A stretch of 64,000 bases of DNA from Dehalococcoidia bacterium (GTDB lineage: Bacteria > Chloroflexota > Dehalococcoidia > Lucifugimonadales > UBA3495). Positions 18,278-29,829 of the stretch are shown here, piece by piece. A program made the translations under genes and the position numbers. Numbering within the stretch: position 1 is the stretch's first letter; the number at the start of each line of letters is the position of its first letter. The stretch spans positions 343,749 through 407,748 of the forward strand of contig CBDCTI010000009.1 in assembly GCA_965222025.1 (NCBI GenBank). Direction: 5' to 3'. The notes beneath the pieces are model-generated. The model saw nothing but the letters and a program-made list of their open reading frames with translations. It had not been told where the DNA came from and searched no databases.

Positions 18278-20722
18278 GGTGGTTGTCGAGTCGAAGTTGC
18301 CTAGGTCCACGTCGCTGAGCGCCAGGGCGCTGAGTGTGGCGTCCGTCGAGACCGGCTCATCGCGGGTGACCGTTATGGTGTAGGTCCGGGCGGCGCTCTC
18401 GTCCTCCGCCGTCACCTCGACGGTGATGACCTTGCTCCCCACGCTCAGCAGGACCACCCCGTCGGCATCGGTCACACCGTCGAGCTTGATGACAAAGTTG
18501 GCCCCAGTGTGGTTCACCGTCAGAGTTGCCGTCGTCTGGGACACGCTGTTGCCGACCTGAGCCGTGTATGAAGTCGTCCTCGAAGTGAACGTGCCGAAGT
18601 TTACGTCGCTCAGCGTCAGGGCGCTAAGAGTGGCGTCCGTCGATGGGGGCGCGGCGCGCGCGACGGTTACAGTGTAGGTCCGGGTGGTATTGGCGTCCTC
18701 GGCGGTCACCTGAACGGTGATGACGCTGCTGTCCACGCCGAGGTTGATTACGCCGTCGGAGTCGACTACGCCTCCGAGCTTGATTATGTAGGTCGCCCCG
18801 GAGTCGTTCGCCGTCGGGGTCACAGTCGTCTGCGAAACGCCGTTGGCGACCTGCGCAGTGTACGAGGTGGTTTTCGAGTCGAAGGTGCCGAAGTCCACGC
18901 CGCTGATCACCGGGGCGCTTAGCGTCGCATCGCCAGATAGTTCAGGGGTGGGCGACTCCGCCCGCGTGACGGTTATGGTGTAGTTCCGGGTGGTGCTGTC
19001 GTCCTCGGCGGTGACCTCGACGGTGATGATGTTGCTCCCCAGGCTGAGGGTGATTACGCCGTCCGCATCGGTCACACCGCCGAGCTTGATCACGGAGCTC
19101 GCCCCGGAATCGTGCGCCGTCGGAGTCACCGTCGTCTGCGCCACGCCGTTGGCCACCTGGGCGGAGTACGATGTGGTCCCCGCCGTGAAGGCGCCGAAAT
19201 CCACACTGGCCAGCGTCAGGCCGCTGAGCGTGGCGTCCGTTGAGGCCGCAGCGCGGGTGACCGTCACGGTGTAGGTCCGGGTTGTACTTTGGTCTTCGGC
19301 GGTGATCACGACGGTGATGGTGTTGCTGCCCACTGCCCGGGAGATCTTCCCGTCAGCGTCTTCCACCCCGCCGAGCTTGATCACGTAGCTCGCCCCAGAG
19401 TTCTTCACGGTTGGAGTAACCGTCGTCTCGGATACGCTGTAGGCCACTTGGGCCGTGTAGGAAGTCGTCCTCGAGGCGAAGGCCCCGAAGTCCACGCCGC
19501 TCAATGTCAGGCCGCTGAGGGTGGCGTCCATAGAGGCCGCAGCCCGGGTGACGGTAACGGTGTATGTCTGGGCGGTCTCTCCGTCTTCGGCGGTCACCTC
19601 CACGGTGAGGACGTTGCTTCCCGCCGCAAGAGAGACTACTCCGTCGGCGTCTTCAACGCCATCGGGCTTAATGACATAGGTCGCTCCACCATGATTTACG
19701 GTCGGTGTAACGGTGGTTTCCGTCACGCTGCTCGCGACATCTGCGGTGTATGACGTGGTTTCCGATGAGAAGGTCCCAAAGTTGACTTCGCTAAGGGTAA
19801 GGCCGCTCAGCGTGGCGTCCGTCGAGGCCTGGGTTTGCAGGGGGGTCTTCAGACGCGTGACGGTGTAGGTCTGGGTAGTCTCCTCGTCCTCTGCCGTGAC
19901 CTCAATGGTGATTACGTTGCTCCCCGTCGCCAGCGAGACAGTGCCGTCCGAGTCATCCACACCGTCAAGTTTGATCACGTAGCTCGCCCCAGAGTCGTTC
20001 ACGGTAGGCGTAAGGGTGGTTTCCGTCACGCTGTCGGAAACGTCGGCGGTGTATGAGGTTGTGCCGGATGCGAAGGTGCCGAAGTCTATATCGCTAAGCG
20101 TCAGCGCACTCAGCGTGGCGTCTGTGGACGAACTCGGTTCTTCCCGGGCTACGCTTACGGTGTAGGTCTTGGTTCTATTTCCGTCCTCAGCGGTCACCTC
20201 AATGGTAATTGGATTCCTACCTACTGCGAGGTCTATTGTGCCATCCGCGTCGGTCACGCCGTCGAGCTTGATGGCGTAACTGGCCCCCGAGTGGCTCAAG
20301 GTGGGAGTAACCGTCGTCTGCGACACACTGTTGGCAACCCGGGGCACTGTAATGAATCAAGAACTTGAATGGGCCGAAGTCTACGTCACTCAGCGTGAGT
20401 GCGCTGAGGGTCGCGTCGGTCAGGGTAGGTCCCGGCCGATAAACGGTTACAGAATAGGTCTGCCTTGTATAGTCGTCCTCAGTGGTTACCTCAATATCGA
20501 TATGATTGGTGTGATCTGAAGAGAGCGATACAATCCCGCTGCGGTACGTTTGGCTGCCCCGATTGATGACGTAGCTTGCCCCTAAGTCACTCAAGGTTGG
20601 GGGTAACCGTCGTCTCCGTTACACTGTGGGCAACGTGGTCTCATTATGAAGTCGTACCAGTTGCGAAGGTTCCGAAGTCTACTCCGCTCAGCGTCAGCCC
20701 GCAGAGGGTGGCGTCCGTGGAT
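18278..20722 (-). repeat. tandem array of about 290-305-bp coding repeats (cadherin-like beta-sandwich domain)
   Basis: At least 10 units starting DATLS(A/G)LTLS.V.FG.F...TTSYTA.V...V..TTVTPT...GA.Y.IKL.GV.D.DG...L..G.N.ITVEVTAED..T..TYT.TV. Confidence 0.8.
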
Positions 20723-20750
20723 TGAGGTGGACCCCATCGGTTGGACAGGA

Positions 20751-21674
20751 TTAAGCCACAATTAAGTGGGACTCCTGCACTCCTTCGTATGATACCAAGA
20801 CCCGTTGGTCCGGGCACCTCCTTTCCTTCAACTCCTCTTCTACAGGCTCGCCGTGGAAGACCTCCGCCGGCGTACGGTAGCCCAGGGCCTGATGCGGCCT
20901 ACGGTGGTTGTAGAACCGGAAGTGCTCTCGCAGCCCTCGGCGGGCCTCAAGGCCGTTGGCGTAGGCCTTCAGGTAGACCTCCTCGTACTTCACCGTCCTC
21001 CATAGCCGCTCGACAAGTATGTTGTCCTGGTACCTGCCCCTGCCATCCATGCTGATCTTCACCGAGTGATCCTGGAGTATCTGCGTGAACTCGCGGCTGG
21101 TGAACTGGCTTCCCTGGTCGGTGTTGAACACGTCGGGCGTTCCCTGGTTCAGGGCCTCGGTCAGGGCCTCGGCACAAAAGCCGGCCTCCAGAGTGTTCGA
21201 CAACCCCCAAGCCACCACGTACCGGCTGTGCCAGTCCATGATGGCCACCAGGTACAGGAATCCCCGGGCCATGGGCAGGTAGGTGATGTCAGCCGCCCAC
21301 ACCTGGTTCGCCCGGGTGATCGTCAGATCCCTCAGCAGGTAGGGATAGACCCAGCGTCCCGCCGCTGGTTGGCTGGTGCGAGGCTGCCGGTAGATAGCCC
21401 GCAGTCCCATCAGTCTCATGAGCCGCTGCACCCGCTTCCGGCTTACCGGCAGGCCCTGCCGGCCCAGCGAAGCCTTCATCCGCCTGGAACCGTAGAAAGG
21501 GGTTTCCAGGTACTGGCGGTCCATGGCCTGCATCAGGGACAGGTCCCCCAGGGGTGTCCCCTTGGGACGGTAGTAGAGGCTGGAGCGGCTGACACCCATC
21601 AGCTGGCACTGCCGCACTATGGACAGGTGCCGATGTTGCCGGTCGGTCAGCTCACGCCGCTGTGCTGGGCTCAT
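20751..21674 (-). CDS. IS3-family transposase OrfB
   Basis: 307 aa, one visible substitution versus copy A (REHFRFY versus REYFRFY). Confidence 0.9.
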   Translation of the reverse strand: MSPAQRRELTDRQHRHLSIVRQCQLMGVSRSSLYYRPKGTPLGDLSLMQAMDRQYLETPFYGSRRMKASLGRQGLPVSRKRVQRLMRLMGLRAIYRQPRTSQPAAGRWVYPYLLRDLTITRANQVWAADITYLPMARGFLYLVAIMDWHSRYVVAWGLSNTLEAGFCAEALTEALNQGTPDVFNTDQGSQFTSREFTQILQDHSVKISMDGRGRYQDNILVERLWRTVKYEEVYLKAYANGLEARRGLREHFRFYNHRRPHQALGYRTPAEVFHGEPVEEELKERRCPDQRVLVSYEGVQESHLIVA

Positions 21675-21973
21675 GGACCGGACCTTTCCTCCAAGAAATC
21701 CCGCTCCACCTTGAGCTGGCCGATCTGCTGGTACAGGCGAGCCACCAGGGCGTCGTTGTTCTTGTTCTTCTGCTCCTTGCCCTTATTGGTCCCGTTGCCT
21801 TGGCCGAAGATAGCGGCCGCGCCATCCACTAAGGCCTTCTTCCAAGTCTGAATCTGGTTGGGGTGGACCTCGAACCGGGCGGCCAACTCGGCCACCGTCT
21901 GCTCGCCCTTAATTGCCTCCAGTGCAACTTTCGCCTTGAAGGCCGGGCTGTGCTTTCTCCGCTCTGTGGACAT
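21671..21973 (-). CDS. IS3-family transposase OrfA
   Basis: Identical 100-aa product to 13972..14274. Confidence 0.9.
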   Translation of the reverse strand: MSTERRKHSPAFKAKVALEAIKGEQTVAELAARFEVHPNQIQTWKKALVDGAAAIFGQGNGTNKGKEQKNKNNDALVARLYQQIGQLKVERDFLEERSGP

Positions 21974-24102
21974 TTCCCGCTCCTCATCAACAGCTGTCGC
22001 TGTCCTCAGTTTAGGAGCAGGATTCCCACTTAACCAACTGTCCAGTTTTCCGGGTCCACCTCAGATTCCTGTGGCTGAACCGAAGTAGCCACTTTGTGGC
22101 CAGAGTCGGCGTCTACGGCGTTGAAGCTCAGGTCAGCAGGATTACTGCCGAAACCCCTGTCACTGACGGTATAACTGCCACTTGTTCCGGCGCTCGACAG
22201 GCGGACGCTGTTTTCGGGGAAGGAAATCCCATTGTCGTCGTTCAGGCAGTCCTGGGTCCCGTAGGATAACACCATCTTGCCGGCGTTCTCGCTCCGATAA
22301 GCTGCCCTTTTCAGACTCCCGGCTATATCCAGCGTGAGTTCCGGTGGATAGGTTGAGGAAACAATCACGTCCTCAGTCATGGTGACGGTGGCTTCGACCC
22401 TGTTGCCGACGCCGTAGGTATCGTCGCTGCCGGGGTCGGAAGTGATTTCAATGGATGAAACCGTAGCCGTAACGCCGTCCACTGCGAAGCGGGAGTTGGC
22501 GGCGGCGGCGTGGGTCAGGACCACCAAATCGTTACCTGCCGTGTCCTTGATGGTAGCGCTGTTCAGGCTCAGGGAGTTGGCATCGACCGATACGCCGTCA
22601 AGGTCCAGGTCGCCTTTGGCTACCCAATACAAGAAATGAAGATAGTCATCCCGCCATTTGTTTGGCGGGTGAGGGCTGAAGTCGAGACTCTTTGTGGTGT
22701 CCCCAACAACGAGCCCCAGTTGGGGCGTGCCTATGGTGACGACGTCTTCGCTGAGATTGACGTGAGTCGAGATGGCTTCTCCGATGATGTGGATGTCGTC
22801 GAGACTGAAGGTGCTGCCGACAAAATGAGGTCCCCTCGTTATCGTGGGACGAATCCCGTCCACCTTGTGTCCCTACTGGGCCGACAGAGCGCTATGGGAC
22901 AGGTCGGCATCATTGTCCATTGCTTCCCTGATACTGCCGCTGTTCAACGTAAGCTTGTTGGCGTCTATGGCAATCCCGTCGGTGTCGGAGTCCCCTTCCG
23001 CCACCTTATAGCTGAAGACCACCTTGCTTCCGTCGGTGCTGTCGTACTCAGCGGTCTTGGCGGTCCCCCCGACGTCAAGCTCCAGCTGCTGTGATCCGGT
23101 AACGGTGACGCCCTGGCTAAACGTCACGGTCACCTGGATATCGTCGCCGATACCGTAAACCCCTTCGTTGTACAGGGGCAGTACTGCGTTCATATGATAG
23201 TACGACTCATCGTCATCTTCAGGGTCGCTGGTAATGGATGATATAGTTGGAGCAGTAATATCGTTCTGGGCGAATACCTCGGGTGAGCCTCCGAACCAGA
23301 TCAGCCCCACTATCGCCATAAGCATTCCGGCTCTTGAAGCCCATGCCAGTCTTGTTCCCGGTGTTCCCATTCTCACAGCCACTTGATTTTCCTCTCCCAG
23401 AGTATGTGTACCTGTTTCCCGTAGGTTGTCAGACCTGGACTGGATGAGCGGAGTGAATCACGACCCCTCCCAGAGCAATCCGACGGGAGGTCCAAGGGTC
23501 CCGGTGCGGCGCTCATTTTTAGTTGACGATCCTTGTCATTGGTCTGGTTGCCTGCCCTCTGCTAACCAGAACAGGGTGAAGTTGCCGTTACACTTTATGT
23601 CGAGGTGCTTGGCGTCAAAGCTTCTCTTGATCTCCGCTGGCCCTTGCATGAAGCTCATTTGAAGGTGTGTACATGTATCGCCAGTGGGCTTGAACGTGTC
23701 CGCTCAGGAGGGCTGAGCGGTCCCATTCTCTCTGATTCGCTTTGGTGCTGGCGATTACCAAACGCCCTGTTTCGGAGTGCATTTGCCCTGTCAACCGACA
23801 GCAAAATGCCCATCTGAAAAGAGGCATGAACTTCTCCCTAGCAGGCGCCACGGGCCCCTGGGCCTGTGTTGGAAGGAATGGGGGCGTTCAGGACCTCCCG
23901 CAGCTCTTCCACAGCTGTTGCCGTCCCGGGACGAAATGCACCCTCGCAGCAGGCCCTTCCAGTGCACAGCCGGAGCCTCTCTCCCATGCGAGGGCAAGCA
24001 TCCCCATTTCCCGGCCGCCCCAGCCGCGGGGGTGTTCCGGTTCCCGGCCGCTACGCTTGCCCCACCCGTCCGTCCGTGTGGGCTTGCTTTTATTGTTGCC
24101 TC

Positions 24103-24570
24103 CTACTGGCTGGTGGTTATCACCACCCGGCGCGACTTGGGTCCCACTCCCGCTTCGTTGATGGCCTTGACCCGGTACACGTACTTGGTGCCGGCAGCCA
24201 CGTCCGCATGGGTGTACGACGTCGCGTCGCTTCTTGTGTCCTCTACCAGGACGCTGATAGAATGCTCGCCGGCATCGGCATTTCGCCGCAGTATCCGGTA
24301 GCCGGTGGCGCTGTCGTCGTCCGGAACGTCCCAGGTCAGGGTCACTGAGCCGTCGGCGTTCTCCACTGCTGTCAGGTTCTCTGGTGCCGTCGGCGGCCCC
24401 TTTGGTCCTGGGTCGGTTACTTCATTCGTGGCGATGTTGGTAAGAAACTCCGGGTTTCCCGCGTCGTCGGTGAACGAGACTGTTATCTTGATGGCCTTGC
24501 CTAAATCAAAGCCAAGATGAAATACGCAGACGCATAGGGTAAATTTATGAGGAAACTGGGTTAGCTGGTC
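24103..24570 (-). pseudogene. C-terminal fragment of a surface protein (repeat module plus fibronectin type III domain)
   Basis: No start codon; ...FDLGKAIKITVSFTDDAGNPEFLTNIATNEV...PENLTAVENADGSVTLTWDVPDDDSATGYRILRR...YVYRVKAINEAGVGP. Confidence 0.6.
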
Positions 24571-24628
24571 TCAGAAATAGCGAGGGGTTGGTAATGGGCG
24601 TGAGGGAGATAGACCGGTCTCTGGAACA

Positions 24629-25084
24629 ATGCAGATGGGAGTCAAGGAATTGCGTCGGCGGATGATTCTGGCGCCCACACCCAGGGAGCGGGAGCGGTGG
24701 TACGCCATCTGGCTCTTGGCGCAGGGCTGGACGGCATCAGCCATGGCGGAGGAGCTCCCCACTCACCATAGGACGGTGGGCTTCGGTATTCGGCGAGGGA
24801 GGGCCGGCGGCCTTGATATTCGAGCAGACCGGTGGTTCCCTCCCCCCGTCCTTGACCAAACGCAGCAGGCGGAGTTGAAAGGGGCGGTTGGGCGACCGCC
24901 TACTTAGGCGGGCATCGAACTAGCCAACTGGTATTGGAAAGGACTCCGGCAGTTTGTCTTGGAACGGTTCGGGGTCAGTTTGAGCCGCAGCAGTTGCCTG
25001 AACTGGCTGCATCGGTTGGGATTTGCCCTCAAGCGTCCCAAGAAGCGTCTGCTAAAGGCAGATGAGACCAAGCGGGAGGGCTAA
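24629..25084 (+). pseudogene. IS630-like transposase, N-terminal (HTH) fragment
   Basis: ...RERERWYAIWLLAQGWTASAMAEEL... and, in another frame, ...LRQFVLERFGVSLSRSSCLNWLHRLGFALKRPKKRLLKADETKREG; interrupted by the IS5-family element at a TAA. Confidence 0.5.
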
Positions 25085-25992
25085 GTAACTATCTCAAATT
25101 AGCGAGCCTCCATTGACGGCGGTACCAGATAAGGGCACATGCCAGTTGGAGCAGACCCAGGTAATTGGATGGCTTCTTGTCGTAGCGCACCAGTATCGCC
25201 CGGCACTTGGACAGCCCGCCCAGGGTACGTTCCACCACCCACCGCCGCGCTGGGTGGGTCTTCTCGCCCGATTGGTTCAATTTCTCTTCGCCAATACGCC
25301 GGATGTGCGGTTAGTATCCGGCGTCGGCGACGGTTCGGTGGCCTGTGGGGTTGTCATACCCCTTGTCCAAGCACAGGTTCTGGACACCTTCTGGCCGGTC
25401 CACCACTATGCTCTCCAGCGTCGGCCTGAGGAGTTTCGTGTCGTGGACATTAGCTCCGGCCACCACCACGCTCAGTGGCCCGCCGGCCCCGTCAACCAAG
25501 ATGCTTTTCTTGCTCCCAGCCTTGCCCCGGTCTGTGGGATTGCGTCTAATCAAAACGTGCTTTTCCCATCGAGCAGTCGGCGGACTGCCCCATTCCCAGT
25601 TTACGCCGTCCAACTCCCGGCATTCTTCTATCAGGACGGCCCAGACACCCTCCAGCACCCCACGCTCTACCCATCGCTGGAAGGTTCCGGTGATTGGTGC
25701 TGTCATCCCACAATTCCTTGGGCAAGTGGTTCCATTGGTAGGAGCCACGCATTCGGAATATGACGCCTTGCAGCATCTTCCGCTGGTCCACCCGTTTGCG
25801 CCCCTTCCCCTTGGGTGGGTCCAACTCCAAAATCACCGGTTCAATTCTCCGCCACAGATCATCCGGTATTTCCCAGATCGTTGGCAGGGACTCGCTCTTT
25901 CCCATCATCTACCACCACACAGGTTTCCCCTATCTTACCCCGACCGCCTATGGATTCCCATTCTCAGACCAATACCGTTTTGAGATAGTCAC
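25085..25992 (-). mobile_element. IS5-family (IS1031/IS427-like) insertion sequence, 908 bp
   Basis: TIR GT(A/G)ACTATCTCAAA; flanked by TAA on both sides (25082..25084, 25993..25995). Confidence 0.8.
25089..25908 (-). pseudogene. IS5-family transposase with an in-frame TAA
   Basis: N-terminus ...IWEIPDDLWRRIEPVI...GRKRVDQRKMLQGVIFRMR; core ...ILVDGAGGPLSVVVAGANVHD...LDKGYD; C-terminus RRWVVERTLGGLSKCRAILVRYDKK. TAA at 25311..25313; the N/core frame change may be the group's natural -1 frameshift. Confidence 0.7.
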
Positions 25993-26530
25993 TAAGTAGG
26001 ATTTTGGACATAATGGGTCTCGAGTGAGTTTGACCCCATGATCCCCGCCGTTGGGTGGACCATGAAAACCGGAGCTGAAATGGAGACCGTTCCCCGGGGA
26101 ACGTCGGCGCTCCTTCCGACGCCTCCGGAGGGAGCCGCCCGCCTCAACGGTCGGCGTCAACGCCCTGGCCTCGGCCAGGACGTAGGCCCGCAGCTGGTGT
26201 CTCGAGAACCGGTGCGCCGGCCTGGCGGCCATCGCCGCGGCCCACCCCCTGGGCAGACAGGAGGACCCGACCACGCGGCCGCTGGTGAAGGCCACCATGA
26301 AACCGCTGGCCAGGTAATACGGGAAACCCAGGAAGCAAGCCAAGGGGCTGACCAGCGAGGCTCTGGCCGAGGATACGTACACGTTTATGGCGTGCACTCT
26401 GGGGGCGTCTATCCTCGAGCTGAGCAGCACGAACACGGCCCCGGCAGTGGAAGAGAGAAATTGGCCGTCCCTTCGGCTTCTGCGGAAGACTCCAGAATTC
26501 TCACGGGAGTTGCCAGCTAGCGCAGGTGAA

Positions 26531-26848
26531 CTAGATAACCCTGTCTCCCCGCCTTGGCGTGGACTCGTTGTCCGGCTCACTCGCCGCCCCGGGCAGCGGG
26601 GTCAACATCACGCGCCAATGGGGAGTTTCCTTGGACGCCTCGACCAGGAGTTCCCCCAGCGGGACATCGATGTCAATATCGTCGAATTCAAAGTTGAAGG
26701 CGGCCTTAACATCGGCGGGGCATAAGATGCCCGCCGTAGCATTGTTATCGCGGCCCACCCGCCTCAATTCCTCGCGTTCGGCGAGGGTAATCTTGATCCG
26801 GCGGTGGCAGCCGGGAATGGCGCATTTGACCGGGACTTTGCTGGGCAT
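26531..26848 (-). CDS. hypothetical protein
   Basis: Open frame from MPSKVPVKCAIPGCHRRIKITLAEREELRR...; no family recognised. Confidence 0.25.
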   Translation of the reverse strand: MPSKVPVKCAIPGCHRRIKITLAEREELRRVGRDNNATAGILCPADVKAAFNFEFDDIDIDVPLGELLVEASKETPHWRVMLTPLPGAASEPDNESTPRRGDRVI

Positions 26849-26856
26849 TTCCCTAA

Positions 26857-26868
26857 TATTACAACGAC
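26857..26868. repeat. solo IS701-like terminal repeat
   Basis: CTAA-TATTACAACGAC matches the first 12 nt of the IS701-like/MITE termini; I found no partner end nearby. Confidence 0.4.
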
Positions 26869-27518
26869 TGCTCAAGGAGTGGGTTTCGGGCATGCGCGCT
26901 GGGTGAGGGACTGGCGTGGGGTCATGGGCAAAAAGCTGGTTTACGCCGCATCGGATGAACGTGCATCGAAACGGAGCGAGAAGGTGGAATTGGTCTTGGT
27001 TGGCGTGGGAAATAATGGCTAGAATTTCGGTAACGTTCTCTGGTGAGGCAACAGGGCGGCAGATCTAATTGTTGTTGATCACTTACTGTGCCGTCCCGTT
27101 TTCTGTCCAGCCAGACCAGGCATTTTTCCTGCACCATGGCCACCTCACTTCCCTAATCCGCTCGTCTATCCCCAAGGTGGCATCCATACGGGCTTACGTA
27201 TAAACTGACAATACCAAATGGGGCTAATACTTGTCTCGATACGGTGGTATGCTGTGTTCTTCGATGACATTATCAGCAGAAGGCTGAACAAAACGGCGTC
27301 CAGACGTGGGGATATCGCTTCACCTTCCACCGGAACCGGACAAAGTCATACTCCATGAAGAAACGAGGGCGCCACTGACCGATGCCCGTGATCTCGCTCA
27401 ACATCCAGTTGTCGATGAATTAAACCCGAAAAACCATTCAGGCAATTACGAAGTCGGTTCACCTAGCCCGACACTTTGAGTCGAACCATTTCCCCGCCGA
27501 CCGACAATTGAGGCGTCA

Positions 27519-28436
27519 GTGCAACGATACATGTTGATCCGGTTTTTCCAAGCCATCTTGGCGCTGTGGGCGGTGAGCGTCATCGTCTTCGGTCTGGCCC
27601 GCATCACCGGCAACCCGCTGGACACCCTGTTGTCCTTCGAGGCAACGGCGGAGCAGCGGGCTGCGGTAGAGGCTTATTGGGGCTTGGACAAGTCGGTGGT
27701 CGAGCAGTATTTGACCTTTGTGGGCAACGCTCTAACCGGGGATTTCGGTCAGTCATTCAAATGGCGTCAACCGGTCATGGATTTGGTCAAGGACCGCTTC
27801 GTAAACACCCTATTGCTTGCTGGACTCGCCATGGCGGTTGCGACGGCAATCGCAATACCACTTGGTGTTATGTCTGCAGTGAAGAGAGGGTCTTCTGTAG
27901 ACCTTGTTGGGAAGGTTATCGCCCTCTTGGGCCAGTCCACGCCGCCGTTTTGGCTCGGCCTGATGTTCGCGTGGGTTTTCGGCGTCAGTTTAGGCTTGGT
28001 GCCGACTTCGGGAAAGGCAGGCATAACGACCTATATTCTTCCCGCTTCGGCATTGGGCCTCTTCTGGGTGGCGGCACTAATGCGATTGATCCGGTCGTCC
28101 ATGCTTGACGAACTGGACAAAGAATATGTGAAGCTTGCTCGAATGAAAGGACTTTCGGAGTGGAAAGTAATTTGGAAGCACGTGCTGCGGAACGCTTCCA
28201 TCGCTCCGCTGACCTATTCCGGCATCATCCTTGGTTCGCTGCTGCTGGGGTCGGTCTCCATCGAGACAGTGTTCGCTTGGCCCGGCTTGGGTGCCTTGGC
28301 TTTCGATGCGGTATCCGCCAGGGATTACCCATTGGTACAAGCGATAGTGATGGTCTTTGCCGTCTTGTTTATTTCGGTGAATTTGCTGGTGGACGTTCTA
28401 TACGCCTACTTGGACCCGCGAATTCGCTACCAATAA
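27519..28436 (+). CDS. ABC transporter permease (DppB/OppB type)
   Basis: 305 aa, GTG start; typical N-terminus YMLIRFFQAILALWAVSVIVF and C-terminus ...LVDVLYAYLDPRIRY. Confidence 0.9.
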   Translation: MQRYMLIRFFQAILALWAVSVIVFGLARITGNPLDTLLSFEATAEQRAAVEAYWGLDKSVVEQYLTFVGNALTGDFGQSFKWRQPVMDLVKDRFVNTLLLAGLAMAVATAIAIPLGVMSAVKRGSSVDLVGKVIALLGQSTPPFWLGLMFAWVFGVSLGLVPTSGKAGITTYILPASALGLFWVAALMRLIRSSMLDELDKEYVKLARMKGLSEWKVIWKHVLRNASIAPLTYSGIILGSLLLGSVSIETVFAWPGLGALAFDAVSARDYPLVQAIVMVFAVLFISVNLLVDVLYAYLDPRIRYQ

Positions 28437-29044
28437 CCTTCGAGTCTGGGCTGCCACGGTAGAGGTGACCGAAGGTTTCGAAGCAGACTGGCATAGGGGG
28501 AGCACTCCCCTTTGTGCGTCGTTGCGCTACCACAACCTCTAGTGGCTTTGTTTTCCCCCGGACTAACAAGAGACCATATAGCGCTGTTTCCCCAGGGTCA
28601 GGTCACACGAGAAACTGGCCAGCCAGTACGTTCATATTTTTACCTGGACTTCGCCGTTGCGCGAAAATGCCCCCGCGGCTGATGCCACTTCCGCAGACCC
28701 TCGATCCAAGATGGACGGAGACCACTAAATTGGGCATGTGAGACTGACTAGCGCCCCTTTTCCGGACTTGCACTCCCTGGCTCACGGCGATCTTGATCCT
28801 GGTGTCTGTACCCTGGCAGCTGCTGGTTTTCCCCACTACTTCGACGTCAAGACATCGAAATAGTGTTCCTCGTCGCGTTCTTAAATAACCGGACCATCCC
28901 TGGCATTCTTTCGGCGCACCCCAAGTTGGCCACAAACGGTCCCATTTCCCAATCGTAGTAAAAGCCCCGCGGCTGGCGCAACGTCCCGTGCCACACTTCC
29001 GACGGCAAATCTCTAGAGCAACTGCCTTTGATTTCAGGGATTAA

Positions 29045-29265
29045 GTAACTATCTCAAAACGCACTGATTTTTCTGAAAAGCCAAATGATGCTTGCCGAGG
29101 TTCTGGATTCCCGCCCCCGACAGAGTCAAGTGCAGACTTATTGCGGGTAGGGGCGCGTGACGGTCCTCCGTTGTTGGTGAGAGAGCCTCACGGCCCCCGG
29201 GGCTCTGGATTCCTGCTTCTGCAGGAATGACGAATAGGGTATCTCGCCACGTTTTGAGATAATTT
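29045..29265. mobile_element. 221-bp MITE with IS5-family (25085-type) termini
   Basis: GTAACTATCTCAAAACG... and ...CGTTTTGAGATAATTTC; flanks TAA/TAC; contains the GC-rich hairpin ATTCCTGC-TTCT-GCAGGAAT; no ORF of its own. Confidence 0.6.
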
Positions 29266-29728
29266 CTACCACCGAGTTGGCTCCAACGTCCACCGCTCTG
29301 CACTGCGGCATTGAGGATGATGAGCAGCTTGCGCATGCAGACGGTCGGCGCATGTTTTTGGCCTTGCCCGCTGCCAGGAAAGGGCGGTAAGACTGCCCAA
29401 GGCACCGGGTTGTGCCGGCTACCCGCCAACACGCCCATGTGAGGTACAGCCCGCACCCCCTGCCCGGTCTTCGGGGACGGTCCGCATTGCCACGCAGGTT
29501 CCAGCTGTCCCGGTTCATTGGGGACCACACCCGCTAGAAGGGGCTTTCCTTTCCGATCCAGGGTGAGACTGGTTATGTTAGATGTGCCAGCAACGTTAGT
29601 CAGAACTGTTGGCCCACCTCCTGGCACCCAACGCAGGAGATAGTCCCTCTCCCGCCACATCTGGCTCAAGCGCGGTGTCTCTTGCAGCCTTGGTCCAATT
29701 CAGCCAGTTCCTGCTCCAGCCACGCTTT
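29266..29728 (-). pseudogene. IS110-family transposase, 3' fragment
   Basis: ...LEQELAELD...LLRWVPGGGPTVLT...SRHNPV...CMRKLLIILNAAVQSGGRW matches the IS110 C-terminal region; the MITE abuts its 3' end. Confidence 0.5.
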
Positions 29729-29732
29729 TCGT

Positions 29733-29770
29733 AAAAAAGATAGGGCCTACCTCAAGAGGTAGGCCCTATC
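29733..29770 (-). terminator. rho-independent terminator of the binding-protein gene
   Basis: Perfect 15-bp stem GATAGGGCCTACCTC/GAGGTAGGCCCTATC, followed on the minus strand by T6; 60 nt after the stop of 29830..31707. Confidence 0.65.
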
Positions 29771-29829
29771 CCTATGAGCAACCGAAATTATTTATCCGGT
29801 CTTAACTGGCGCATCCGTTTGGAAGCGAG

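Larger units (their letters stand above)
20723..22063 (-). mobile_element. IS3-family insertion sequence, copy B (1341 bp)
   Basis: Same TIRs as copy A; 3-bp direct repeat GAT; differs from copy A at only a few visible positions. Confidence 0.9.
18278..23382 (-). pseudogene. large secreted adhesin-like protein (Ig-like N-terminal modules plus cadherin-like repeats), decayed
   Basis: Signal peptide at 23382 (...MLMAIVGLIWFGGSPEVFAQ). In-frame TAG at 22873..22875. IS3 copy B at 20723..22063 (frame restorable: ...VQPQES-TDATLCGL...). TAA/TGA and frameshifts at 20340..20700. The 3' end is truncated at about 18278. Confidence 0.8.

Noticed and set aside
13024-22063. The two direct IS3 copies as a composite transposon
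   Set aside because: Copy A has its own ATAT duplication and copy B its own GAT duplication. The sequence between them is a patchwork of unrelated broken genes.
25948-26580. A 210-aa minus-strand ORF downstream of the IS5-family element, and an expected continuation of the IS630-like transposase on the plus strand
   Set aside because: No motif of any family was recognised in either strand. The ORF overlaps the IS terminus and is Arg/Ser/Gly-rich like a spurious GC-rich frame.
6845-29728. The IS110 5' fragment (6845..7203) and 3' fragment (29266..29728) as two halves of one element split by a rearrangement
   Set aside because: They share a strand and are roughly complementary in extent. There is no overlapping or abutting sequence to test the idea, and the middle of the transposase is missing. 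It is not supportable from this window.
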